This document shows, piece after piece, positions 1 through 8,974 of a DNA stretch of 32,000 bases (the stretch's first letter is position 1; every line of letters starts with the position of its first letter). The stretch is from Aliivibrio fischeri ES114 (GTDB lineage: Bacteria > Pseudomonadota > Gammaproteobacteria > Enterobacterales > Vibrionaceae). Location: the NCBI RefSeq assembly GCF_000011805.1, contig NC_006841.2; one strand, written 5' to 3'. The position numbers and the translations under genes were made by a program. Under the pieces are notes generated by a model, which was given only the letters and a program-made list of their open reading frames with translations, made no database searches and was not told the origin of the DNA.

Positions 1-471
1 AACTTGTTAGCTCTTAATGCGGCTATTGAAGCGGCAAGGGCGGGGGAACAAGGGCGTGGATTTGCCGTTGTTGCTGATGAAGTTCGTAAATTGGCGAGTC
101 GTACTCAAGAGAGTACAGCACAAATTCATCAACGAATTGAAGCGCTTAAGTCCGGTTCTGATTCGGCAGTACAAGTGATGGCGGCAAGTAAAAACTTCAG
201 TACATTGACGGTAACTAAAGCGGTCGCTGCATCTGAGTCGTTAAGCCAAATTTTAGTGTCGGTTAATACGATCATGGAAATGAACTCATTAATAGCGACA
301 GCGACCCAAGAGCAGAGTTTGGTTGGTCAAGAGATCTCAGAGCGTATTGTGTCGGTATCCGATCAGAGTTCAGAATCAGCAGATTTAGCGAGTCAAAACC
401 GCTCTGGTGGTATTGTGTTAAACCAAAAAGCCAACGAACTGTCAGAATTAGTTGAGCGTTTTACACTTTAA
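1..471 (+). CDS. Methyl-accepting chemotaxis protein, C-terminal signalling domain (5'-truncated by window start)
   Basis: Frame is open from base 1; [42 protein letters not shown] is the conserved MCP signalling hairpin. The tracked TTG start at 4 is not a real start. Confidence 0.96.
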   Translation, partial: NLLALNAAIEAARAGEQGRGFAVVADEVRKLASRTQESTAQIHQRIEALKSGSDSAVQVMAASKNFSTLTVTKAVAASESLSQILVSVNTIMEMNSLIATATQEQSLVGQEISERIVSVSDQSSESADLASQNRSGGIVLNQKANELSELVERFTL

Positions 472-492
472 TCGATACGTAAATTAATACAT

Positions 493-527
493 AAAAGCAC
501 AAGATTGATGAGATCTTGTGCTTTTTT
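493..527 (+). terminator. Rho-independent terminator after the MCP gene
   Basis: AAAAGCACAAGAT-TGATGAG-ATCTTGTGCTTTTTT inverted repeat with T-run, about 20 bp after the stop codon. Confidence 0.85.
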
Positions 528-528
528 A

Positions 529-1227
529 TTACCATAATTTAAAGGTATCCCAATTACTTAACGCTTCAATACTTGAATCAATTGGAGGTGCTAAAAAAGC
601 TAAAATCACCGTAGCAATTACGAATATTGCAGATAGCGATAAGTTTGAAAAATCAGTCAGTTTTAATGCTGAACCAAATGAGCGTTTAATACGAACATTG
701 GCCAAATCAACACTGTATATTTCGTCTAATAGAAGATGAATGACACCACCACAGAATACAAAAATGCCGGATAACCAAGCAAATAGATCCGCATTTTTAA
801 ATTTGTCATTGATAATAAAAGCGGTTGTGTTTGTGGTTAGTAAGCCGCAAAAGAGCAAAAATAACAATGAATGACATATGCCTCTATGAATCGTTTGCCA
901 CTCGAATACGTTTCGGATCCCATATTTTATAATTAGGTGTATTACAACAGGTAAACCAATTAAAAGCATAAATTGCCTTTCATTAATGGCATCACTCGTA
1001 AAGTAGCGAATACTGAGTAAAACAATACACACAGTAAAAAGATTAAAAATAATATCGAGAGAGGTGGAATTGTCTGAGTCAATATCAGGCAGCAGGCCAC
1101 CAATGGTACCTAAAAACCAAAGCCATAATGCCGTATCAAGATCGATATGGTTAGCGGAAAGAAGTGCTGCAGAGGCGGCACCAGATGTTAATGCGGCGAC
1201 ATTTAAATGTGTGCTGAAATTTGCCAT
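529..1227 (-). CDS. DUF457 / YdjM-like inner-membrane protein (metal-dependent hydrolase-like)
   Basis: 232 aa with multiple TM segments; GGLLPDIDSDNS and HRGICHSLLF motifs are typical of the YdjM/DUF457 family. Confidence 0.75.
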   Translation of the reverse strand: MANFSTHLNVAALTSGAASAALLSANHIDLDTALWLWFLGTIGGLLPDIDSDNSTSLDIIFNLFTVCIVLLSIRYFTSDAINERQFMLLIGLPVVIHLIIKYGIRNVFEWQTIHRGICHSLLFLLFCGLLTTNTTAFIINDKFKNADLFAWLSGIFVFCGGVIHLLLDEIYSVDLANVRIKRSFGSALKLTDFSNLSLSAIFVIATVILAFLAPPIDSSIEALSNWDTFKLW

Positions 1228-1283
1228 AGGTTTTCTAAGAATTCTTTTGTAATATGAAGGCTGATTAATTGAGATAAGAAATT

Positions 1284-1454
1284 ATGTTTAAAATATTTGC
1301 ATTACTGTTCATTGCGTTAGGTATCTATATCGGAATGAATTACGGCGATGAAGTTCAAAGTGTTATGGATTCAGATGCCTTTGAGCAAGTACAAGATACT
1401 TTGGTTGATGGAAAAGATCTTGTGATTGAAAAAATTGAAGATGCTGTTCAGTAA
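1284..1454 (+). CDS. Small hypothetical protein, 56 aa (MFKIFALLFIALGVYIGMNYGDEVQSVMDSDAFEQVQDTLVDGKDLVIEKIEDAVQ)
   Basis: ATG...TAA read directly from sequence; N-terminal hydrophobic segment and acidic tail; followed by a strong terminator. Absent from the supplied ORF track, probably because of a length cut-off. Confidence 0.6.
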   Translation: MFKIFALLFIALGIYIGMNYGDEVQSVMDSDAFEQVQDTLVDGKDLVIEKIEDAVQ

Positions 1455-1480
1455 TAGTTAGCATGTTCGATGGATAAAAT

Positions 1481-1518
1481 AAAAATCCCCCTTGATAGCA
1501 ATATCGTGGGGGATTTTT
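1481..1518. terminator. Terminator hairpin downstream of the small ORF, possibly bidirectional
   Basis: AAAAATCCCCC ... GGGGGATTTTT, 11-bp perfect stem flanked by A/T runs. Confidence 0.85.
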
Positions 1519-1619
1519 GATTCTATACAAACGAACCATGAAAACAAGAGAATAACTGTTTTTATATACAGTTATTTTCTGTTTTGGTTAAATTCATGGC
1601 TAACGATGCGTGAATTAAC

Positions 1620-2288
1620 TTATTTAAGCGGTAAAATTGTGATTTCTACACGGCGGTTACAAGCACGGCCTTGTTTTGTAGAGTTATCACAAACTGGGTA
1701 ACGAGCACCGTAACCACGAGCATTAACTCGACCAGCGGCAACGTCTTGCTTAATTAGGTAGGTACGCACTGAATCAGCACGTTGCTCTGATAGTGTTTGG
1801 TTTTTAGTTGCATTACCAGAACTGTCAGTATGACCGTCAATTTGAAGAGCTGTATCTGGGTATTCAACAAGGATACGTGCAACACCGTTTAATGTGTTGT
1901 AGATACTAGCATCTAATTGGTATGAGCTAGATTGGAAGCCAATACCGTTGTCCATTACTAGTTTAAGTTCGTTTTTGCCTACACGTTCAACTTGAACACC
2001 AGAGCTCTTAAGCTCATTACGTAGTGCTTTTTCTTGTTGGTCGAAGTAGTAACCAACACCACCACCCACAGCACCACCTGCAGCAGCACCAATTAATGCG
2101 TTTTTACGACGCTCTTTTGCGTTATCACCTGTTGCAAGACCAATTGCAACACCTGCAAGTGCACCAGCAAGAACGCCTTTAGTTGCTGAGTTTGTTTCAG
2201 ACTCACCAGTTGTTGCGTTTTGGCGTTGAGTTGCCTGACAGCCAGTTAATGAAATAAGTAATGCAAGCGCAATTGTGATTTTTTTCAT
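1620..2288 (-). CDS. OmpA-family lipoprotein with glycine-zipper segment (YiaD-like)
   Basis: Lipobox LISLTGC; glycine-rich GVLAGALAGVAIGLATGDN...GAAAGGAVGGGVGYYFDQQ; OmpA C-domain IDGHTDSSGNATKNQTLSEQRADSVRTYL...GYGARYPV...NRRVEI. Confidence 0.93.
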   Translation of the reverse strand: MKKITIALALLISLTGCQATQRQNATTGESETNSATKGVLAGALAGVAIGLATGDNAKERRKNALIGAAAGGAVGGGVGYYFDQQEKALRNELKSSGVQVERVGKNELKLVMDNGIGFQSSSYQLDASIYNTLNGVARILVEYPDTALQIDGHTDSSGNATKNQTLSEQRADSVRTYLIKQDVAAGRVNARGYGARYPVCDNSTKQGRACNRRVEITILPLK

Positions 2289-2400
2289 GTTTTTCTCTAG
2301 TTATGTACATCTGTGGCGCGCAGTTTACTCCTAGATGATCAAAAATCAATGCTTTATATGAAAGGTTATTGACAAAAATACTGATAATAACGTGATAAGT

Positions 2401-2431
2401 GTCACCTTAAATCCAACAGAATTAAGGTGAC
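2401..2431. other. Inverted repeat downstream of the DUF1566 gene (possible weak terminator, no T-run)
   Basis: GTCACCTTAA (2401-2410) and TTAAGGTGAC (2422-2431), perfect 10-bp arms. Confidence 0.5.
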
Positions 2432-2439
2432 TGTTAGTA

Positions 2440-3000
2440 TTATTGATCTGCAACTAGAAGCACACTTAATTGATGCTGAGCGGGGTTATAAGAGATCACT
2501 TCACCATTTGGTGTATCAAATGAATAGATAGCATTACCCGTATTTACAGGCGTGCTACTCCATATGTATCCAGCGAGATCACCGACATCGTAGTTAAAAG
2601 CCGAGCCAAACGCTTTTGTATTCATAGCTGGGCTATTACATGCCGCTTCTTTTAAAGATATTAGTTCTTTTATATTTGGCATTCGCCATTTATCAATACC
2701 TGCAAATTTATGTAATCGGTGATTTCCGTTTTCATCATTGATGGAGGCGATCATCGTCAATGCACTTTGCCAAAAGTAGGTTTGAGTTGCACCACGACAC
2801 TCTTTATTTGTGCTATTCCATTGCTTGCCTAATGGGCATCGCATCCAAGTTAATCCGGTTAGGTTATCAATCACAATACCGCTATCTAGGTTGATATAGC
2901 GGTTGTTAGCTGCTGTTCTCGGTAGGTTAGCATTGCATTCTTGGGCAACAACTGTAATTGAAAAAAATGAAATAAATGCGATAAAAAAGATATTTTTCAT
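2440..3000 (-). CDS. Secreted DUF1566 domain protein
   Basis: Signal peptide MKNIFFIAFISFFSITVVAQ; VIDNLTGLTWMRCPLG...WRMPNIKELISL...YIWSSTPV resembles DUF1566. Confidence 0.8.
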   Translation of the reverse strand: MKNIFFIAFISFFSITVVAQECNANLPRTAANNRYINLDSGIVIDNLTGLTWMRCPLGKQWNSTNKECRGATQTYFWQSALTMIASINDENGNHRLHKFAGIDKWRMPNIKELISLKEAACNSPAMNTKAFGSAFNYDVGDLAGYIWSSTPVNTGNAIYSFDTPNGEVISYNPAQHQLSVLLVADQ

Positions 3001-3002
3001 GA

Positions 3003-4505
3003 CTAATTGCCTTGTGCTGAAACTAAACGAGCTGGGAACAAATAAGAAGGATCATTTTCGTATTCGGTATTTTTAAATTTTGGTGGTGTTTTACTGGTGT
3101 AAACTTCCACAGTGCTTACACTGCCTTTATTCTCACCTAATAGGTTAATGGTATTAAAGCTTAAAGCACCATCGTTGTTGTAAGGGGTGTATGTACCGTA
3201 GGTCATTGTTTGATGCCATACTCCACCTTCTTCAATGTCAGAGCTACCTATAGGCTGATTAGGAAAGAAATAATGACTTAATCCGTATGTTGCTGAGCTC
3301 GAGTTTGTTTGACGTTCACCAAAATCGATGAGATTGTAGATTTCATGAAATCTTGGTAGTCGCCAATCACTTTTTCCGCATAATTGAATCGAATTAATGT
3401 AGTTAACGTAATCTTTCGTTGTACAAATCTCATCTCCTGCTGTTTTACAAGTTGCAAGAGCCTCATCTTTAGAGAAAGGCGTGACGTCTGCTAGTTCTAA
3501 AGCAAGTTGGCGATTTTTAAATTGAATAGATGACTCATTGGCTGATTTTATCTCCCAAATTAGCCCACTTCGCTCATCAAGAACGCAGCGCCATCGTGAC
3601 GCTGAGTCACCAAGTTTATTTCCGTTCATGTCTAATTTTGTGAATTTAAATCCATTATTTTGTTTTGGATTTCGTTCGATTTTATCAAAACCAAAATCAG
3701 CATCTTGCCCAGGAAAACTTAAAGGGGATGTTTCGACATTATGTTCACTATTTTCATCGGTAAAATAGAGAACAGTTCCAGTGTCGTTTAATGGACTGCC
3801 GCTTAGTGAAATGGCATTTAATTCTTTGATAAAAGTTAATGATTGGGCTTCTGTTAATACAGATGTCACCATATCTACGGGATTATTAATGATATTTGCA
3901 CTTAACAAAGTTAATAATTGTGTTCTGTTTTGGCTTTTAGTGTGTTTCAACAGGGTAATTACATTTTGCTCTAATATAGCCAGATCTGGATCTTGCAAAT
4001 TATCAAGAAGATTTCCACGTAAAGAAATTCCTTTTTCTGATAGTTGTGTGGTAATTATTTCTATCGCTTTTTTAGCTGTCATTCCATTATTTATGTGACC
4101 AGCGATTAATGACGTGATGCCATTGATTTTATTTCCAGTGGATTTTTGTAATCCTGGAGCCACAATATAGGCATTATTAGTCGATGCCGCTATCGCATTG
4201 TCTGCATATGAGTTTACAGATTGAAAGGCGCTTGGTGTTTCTGCTAATAGTGGTAGCGTTACAATATTTTTATTGGTATCTGTAATTGAAAACTTACCTT
4301 GTGCATCTGCTTTTGACGTCGGTTCATTTGCATCACACATTAAATTTTGGTTGATATCAACGCACACCTTACTATTTGGTGCAATGTGTTGAGTTGCGAT
4401 TGTGCCTGAGAGTGTATAACTCGGAACTGAAGTGTCAGGAGAATCTGAGCCTCCACATCCTGTAAGTGCCAAAGTGGTGGCTAAAAGAGTTAATTGATAT
4501 TTCAT
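3003..4505 (-). CDS. DUF1566 domain lipoprotein, 500 aa
   Basis: Internal ATG at 4505 gives a lipoprotein signal MKYQLTLLATTLALTGCGGSDS; C-terminal RSGLIWEIK...DWRLPRFHEIYNLIDF...GGVWHQTMTY. The upstream ORF extension (4506-4724) lacks support. Confidence 0.8.
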   Translation of the reverse strand: MKYQLTLLATTLALTGCGGSDSPDTSVPSYTLSGTIATQHIAPNSKVCVDINQNLMCDANEPTSKADAQGKFSITDTNKNIVTLPLLAETPSAFQSVNSYADNAIAASTNNAYIVAPGLQKSTGNKINGITSLIAGHINNGMTAKKAIEIITTQLSEKGISLRGNLLDNLQDPDLAILEQNVITLLKHTKSQNRTQLLTLLSANIINNPVDMVTSVLTEAQSLTFIKELNAISLSGSPLNDTGTVLYFTDENSEHNVETSPLSFPGQDADFGFDKIERNPKQNNGFKFTKLDMNGNKLGDSASRWRCVLDERSGLIWEIKSANESSIQFKNRQLALELADVTPFSKDEALATCKTAGDEICTTKDYVNYINSIQLCGKSDWRLPRFHEIYNLIDFGERQTNSSSATYGLSHYFFPNQPIGSSDIEEGGVWHQTMTYGTYTPYNNDGALSFNTINLLGENKGSVSTVEVYTSKTPPKFKNTEYENDPSYLFPARLVSAQGN

Positions 4506-4533
4506 AGATAGATCTTCTTGTTGTGAGTTAAAA

Positions 4534-6813
4534 TTACAAAAGTAGGTATTGGCGACGTAGCCAAAAGATAAAAAGTAAAAATAAAGTGAATAACGAAATA
4601 CTACCGCCCGAGGTGGATGAACTCGCCGTTGTCGATGCTGTTTGAGACGAGCACTGATAAGAACGAATGTGTCCAACGCCCCATGACAGTAATTTTCCTG
4701 AATGATTAGGACTGAAATCGACAACCTCTAATCGCCATGTACCCCAACTCGATTCCCCTAAGAGTGGAGCAAGGATGTCATCGTGTTGAACGGTAAAATA
4801 GTCACGAAATGTTTTATTTTTTATTTGACGGTGATTGAGTAAATTGACTTTTGTTCCACGGGGTGAAATAAGAGAAATATTTAAATCAATGAAATTATCG
4901 TGTTCAATATTGAGATAAATACCAAAAGTATTATCCACGACACCGTCTCTATTTTTAGCAATAAAATTAATGGTTTGTATACCAGCGATAGGGCGACCAG
5001 AATTATCTGTTGTTGCATCAGGGAGACGAATGTTTAGAGGTTTAAACGGGTTAGAAAAAAGAGGTATCCCTTTTACTAGAGTCGTATTCTCAGACCATTC
5101 TTGCGATAATAAATTCGAGCTAAATTGATATTTAATATTGGTTTCTATATTAAATGACTCTCCACACACCAATCCAGTAGGGTAATCAATATTCATTTCC
5201 ATTTCTTTGAATGGAATGCTGACAATATGTTCAGCTAATTTATTATTAATGAATATGTCACCATCAATAGAAGCTGAGCGTTGCGTTGGTGATAGTATCC
5301 ATTGGATTAAACTGTTAGGAGCAATATAGCGGTGAGCGAATTCTTGCTTGAATGGTTCGAGTATAAGTCCATGCTGATTAAAATGTTTCGTTAAGATCTG
5401 TGCATAGATTTTGTTTGGATAAAGCTGATTAGCCACATACACCATGCTTTCTGCTAAATCGTGCATTTTTAAACCACGACCTAACCCATACATAGACTCT
5501 AAAACAATCGTGTCGAACTCAGTAAATGCATTTTCGCCATAAGTGCTAACACTTTGCTTTAAGGATTGAAATAAAGGGGTAGACCAAAGCTCATCTCCAA
5601 GTTCACCTGCGACGCTTTCGTGCGCACGATATTCAGAACTTTTAAAATAACGGGCTCTTTGGTTCCATAAACTACGAGTGGTATTTTTTGTGCCAAAATA
5701 ACCATCCCAGTTAAAAACAGTATCGATTTCAAATTCTTGACCAGAGCTATTCGCATCCGTGAATTGTTGTCTATAACTGTAACTTCCTGCCCAATAATCG
5801 CCAAAGCCTTCACCTATTGCGCCTGTGTGTCCATAAGCCCAATCAGGAACGATATGATAATGAATAGAATGGCCTAATTCATGTAAAAGAACATCAGCGT
5901 CAAGTGCATCTGGAGAACCACCACCTACGCCAAGCAGCAAGGCTTTAGGGCCGTAATAATAAGTTGAATTATCTGCGATTAATCCTCGAGCATCAAAATC
6001 AATAGGTGCGTTGAAAACAGAAAACCCGAGAGATTGAATGTATTTTGCAGACGCATTTAGATGCGCAAATGCCATCACCTGCGGAAAACGTTGATCATTG
6101 ATTCTTATAGATTTTAATTCTGCTAGAGATGAAAATTTCGCCACGCCTTCTTGAGGAAGAAAACCATTACTATCTTCTGTTCTGGTTGGGTTACTTGATG
6201 TTTTTGGTGTGATTAAACTAATCGCATCAATTTGACGTACTCTTGAATTACTTAAGAAATATTGTCCATTTGCTAATAACACTTCAGCGTTTTTTTTAAC
6301 GTATTGAGGTGGGTTAGGATATTGAGCCAAATCTGTCATTTGTGACGTAGGTTTTGGTGCTCGATCCATTGTTCGTAAATCAGGATCAAAGACCATGAGA
6401 TCTGCAGTGATTACGTTGCCACTGGCTACTGTTGGTGATGTCAGAGAGTTTAACGTTCGTGGTGCTTCAAGCTCTGAGGCCGTTGTTGGTTTACCATTAC
6501 GGATAATAGTATCTTGAAGGCTTTTAAAGACTCTAACAATATGGTTATTTTTATTTGTAGATAGAACAATCGTTTTTTGTTGTTGATATTCACCATCCAC
6601 CCATAGATCAAAGTTATAATGAGCACCAAGTTTAGAGTGCGTCACATAACGCAATTTATATTCACCATGGTTAGGGTAAGTCTGCTGTAAGTAGTTTTTG
6701 GCATCTTGAGCTTGAGATATGGTTATTAATTGATCTGGATAATCCCACTCACCAGCAAGGGTTTGAGTGGAAAACCATAATCCAAACATGAAGTAATAAA
6801 GGTACTTAATCAT
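4534..6813 (-). CDS. Exported zinc metallopeptidase (M36/M4-like) with P domain and GlyGly-CTERM-like tail
   Basis: Signal peptide MIKYLYYFMFGLWFSTQTLAG; zinc motif LLHELGHSIHYH with GAIGEGFGDYWAGSY; P-domain-like DLNISLISPRGTKVNLL...SWGTWRLEVVDF...GKLLSWGV; C-terminus SSTSGGSISLFTLFLLFIFWLRRQ. Confidence 0.85.
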   Translation of the reverse strand: MIKYLYYFMFGLWFSTQTLAGEWDYPDQLITISQAQDAKNYLQQTYPNHGEYKLRYVTHSKLGAHYNFDLWVDGEYQQQKTIVLSTNKNNHIVRVFKSLQDTIIRNGKPTTASELEAPRTLNSLTSPTVASGNVITADLMVFDPDLRTMDRAPKPTSQMTDLAQYPNPPQYVKKNAEVLLANGQYFLSNSRVRQIDAISLITPKTSSNPTRTEDSNGFLPQEGVAKFSSLAELKSIRINDQRFPQVMAFAHLNASAKYIQSLGFSVFNAPIDFDARGLIADNSTYYYGPKALLLGVGGGSPDALDADVLLHELGHSIHYHIVPDWAYGHTGAIGEGFGDYWAGSYSYRQQFTDANSSGQEFEIDTVFNWDGYFGTKNTTRSLWNQRARYFKSSEYRAHESVAGELGDELWSTPLFQSLKQSVSTYGENAFTEFDTIVLESMYGLGRGLKMHDLAESMVYVANQLYPNKIYAQILTKHFNQHGLILEPFKQEFAHRYIAPNSLIQWILSPTQRSASIDGDIFINNKLAEHIVSIPFKEMEMNIDYPTGLVCGESFNIETNIKYQFSSNLLSQEWSENTTLVKGIPLFSNPFKPLNIRLPDATTDNSGRPIAGIQTINFIAKNRDGVVDNTFGIYLNIEHDNFIDLNISLISPRGTKVNLLNHRQIKNKTFRDYFTVQHDDILAPLLGESSWGTWRLEVVDFSPNHSGKLLSWGVGHIRSYQCSSQTASTTASSSTSGGSISLFTLFLLFIFWLRRQYLLL

Positions 6814-6822
6814 TTTTATCTC

Positions 6823-8958
6823 TTAAAATACGTATTTAGCGTTTACAGTGAAATAACGTCCAGGTTCAGTGGAATAGCCTTTCGCTGAGTCCATAATTCC
6901 TGCAACATCTTGATAGCGGATGTATTCTTTATCGAATAGATTGATGATGTTTGCGCTGATATTAAAATCTGTGGTGACAGCGTAATTTACGCCAAGATCA
7001 ACCGTTGCCCAGCTTGATGTTGTCGCACATTCTGTTGCCATACCGATATTCGTTGCGCATTGTGGTACTCGATCCATTGAGGATGCCCAATTAAGAGAGC
7101 TGTAGGCTGACAGTTTTTCAAGATCGTAAGTAATACCAACATTTCCTTCTAATGGAGTGATGGTGCGAATGTATTCACCATCGCCATCTTTTCCGTCAAC
7201 ATAACCAATCTTTGAGTTTATTCCCCATTCTTGGGTGAATTGGTGTGCTAGGGTTAATTCAGCTCCATAAGTCTCGACACCACTGATGTTTTGGTATTGC
7301 TTTAAGTAATTCCCGGTAGATGGGTCCATTCCAACTTGTATAACATCGATAAAGTTTTCAAATTTTTGATAAAAAACAGCACCATAGATTTGAGTTTTAC
7401 CAGAATCATATTTAATACCGTGTTCGATAGAATCACTTGTCTCTGCTTCTAAATCCATATTAGGAATGATTAAGAATGGGGTCAGAGGAACAAAGTCATG
7501 GTTGTTATATCCGTATGCTTTATCATAAGCTGGAGCACGATAACCGTGGTTATAGGATAAATACGCGTTGAGTGTATCTGTAAATTGATAGGTCGCAGAA
7601 ACACTAGGAGATAGCTCACTGCTATTTATTTTTTTTACACTAAAACCAGCAATAGAGTCAGAATCGCTAGGGGTTAAGCTGTGCGCATCAAAACGAAGCC
7701 CTCCAGTGATAATCCAATTGTTAACTTCCACCATATCGCGCAAATAAATGCCAAGACTATATGCTCTTGCTGGTGCGAACGGTTGTGTGTGATTTACATT
7801 ATTACCGTTCCAATCAATAGTTGATTTGCTGTTTGGTCTCTCATATTGATTGCTTGTTAAACTTAGACCATAAGCAAGATTATGAACTTGGTTTAATAGA
7901 GTAGCAGAACTTATAAAATCGTTATCAAAACCAATTAATTGATCAGTAAAACTTTGAGCTTTTATTTCTCGGCGTTTTTCTACAATATTATTTCGCTCAC
8001 GCGACATTAATCTATTGATGTCTGAAGATGTTGTGGTATCTCTCCAGTAGAGTTTTGAATTTAATTTCTCAAAGAAAGCATCGTAAGGTGTATATTCAGC
8101 GCCAATATAAGCGTTGATATCTTGAGTATTTTCTTTGTGGTTATAGGTAGATATATGCCAGATACCATCTTTTTGAATAGATGCGGATCCTTCTTCACGT
8201 AACATATCTTCGGTGTAGTATTCAATTTTAGCGGTTAGCATTAGCTCTTCGCCAATGTAGTGATTTACTGTATATGCAGCGTTTACACCATCAACATTAC
8301 GGTTATATAGATCTTGTTGGTAGTTACGGGTTTCTTCACCTTGCCAGTAGGATAAATTAATTAGACTTTCAGTATTTCCAGAGCGAAACGCTAGGTTACT
8401 GCTACCTTTATATTTATTACTTATGCCTGTGTAAGTACCAGAAACATCAGAATAGAAATCGTTACCTTTTAAATAGTCTTCAGGTTGTTTCGTTTCAATA
8501 ATAACAACACCACCAATAGCGCCTGAACCATGAACTGAAGAGCTGGCACCTTTTACAACTTCAATTGATTTTACGTTTGATAGATCAAACGAATTACGGC
8601 CAACTTTGTCATTAATATCTGAAGCGCCGTAACCATCGGAAGATTTAATTCCGTCTTTTACAATAACAATACGATTCCCTGTCATTCCTCGAATTGTTAT
8701 ATTTTGCGGGCGACCAGCGCCACCAGTAACACTGACTCCTGCTTCTTTATTGAGAGAGTCGTATAATTCTGTTGTTCCTTTTGTTTCTAGGTCATCGCCA
8801 TTGATAACAGTAATAGACCCTGCAACTTTTGATAAGGGTTGTTCTACTTTGTTAGCTGTAACGACAACTTCATCAAATTGTGTAACCTCAGAATTAGCGT
8901 GTACGAAGTTGGCAGTCAGTACGCTAAGTACTGCCGCTGTTATTGGTGAAAGCTTCAT
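6823..8958 (-). CDS. TonB-dependent outer-membrane receptor, heme/hemoglobin-receptor-like
   Basis: Signal peptide; TonB box FDEVVVTANK; plug GGAGRPQNITIRGMTGNRIVIVKDG...VEVVKGASSSVHGSGAIGGVV; FRAP-like YRAP and NPNL-like IPNMDLEAE motifs with an intervening His; C-terminal aromatic residue YVF. Confidence 0.92.
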   Translation of the reverse strand: MKLSPITAAVLSVLTANFVHANSEVTQFDEVVVTANKVEQPLSKVAGSITVINGDDLETKGTTELYDSLNKEAGVSVTGGAGRPQNITIRGMTGNRIVIVKDGIKSSDGYGASDINDKVGRNSFDLSNVKSIEVVKGASSSVHGSGAIGGVVIIETKQPEDYLKGNDFYSDVSGTYTGISNKYKGSSNLAFRSGNTESLINLSYWQGEETRNYQQDLYNRNVDGVNAAYTVNHYIGEELMLTAKIEYYTEDMLREEGSASIQKDGIWHISTYNHKENTQDINAYIGAEYTPYDAFFEKLNSKLYWRDTTTSSDINRLMSRERNNIVEKRREIKAQSFTDQLIGFDNDFISSATLLNQVHNLAYGLSLTSNQYERPNSKSTIDWNGNNVNHTQPFAPARAYSLGIYLRDMVEVNNWIITGGLRFDAHSLTPSDSDSIAGFSVKKINSSELSPSVSATYQFTDTLNAYLSYNHGYRAPAYDKAYGYNNHDFVPLTPFLIIPNMDLEAETSDSIEHGIKYDSGKTQIYGAVFYQKFENFIDVIQVGMDPSTGNYLKQYQNISGVETYGAELTLAHQFTQEWGINSKIGYVDGKDGDGEYIRTITPLEGNVGITYDLEKLSAYSSLNWASSMDRVPQCATNIGMATECATTSSWATVDLGVNYAVTTDFNISANIINLFDKEYIRYQDVAGIMDSAKGYSTEPGRYFTVNAKYVF

Positions 8959-8974
8959 TTGTAGCTCCGCTTTT

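Noticed and set aside
518-739. 73-aa plus-strand ORF over the YdjM-like gene
   Set aside because: Overlaps the terminator and runs antisense to a well-supported membrane protein gene; no family-like features.
1064-1252. 62-aa plus-strand ORF
   Set aside because: Antisense shadow of the 529-1227 gene.
1492-1701. 69-aa minus-strand ORF
   Set aside because: Overlaps a terminator and the OmpA gene 3' end; composition looks spurious.
3538-4098. Two short plus-strand ORFs (3538-3768 and 3781-4098)
   Set aside because: Antisense to the DUF1566 lipoprotein gene, no recognisable domain.
4506-4724. N-terminal extension of the 3003-4724 ORF
   Set aside because: It overlaps the metalloprotease gene, while the internal ATG at 4505 gives a textbook lipoprotein signal.
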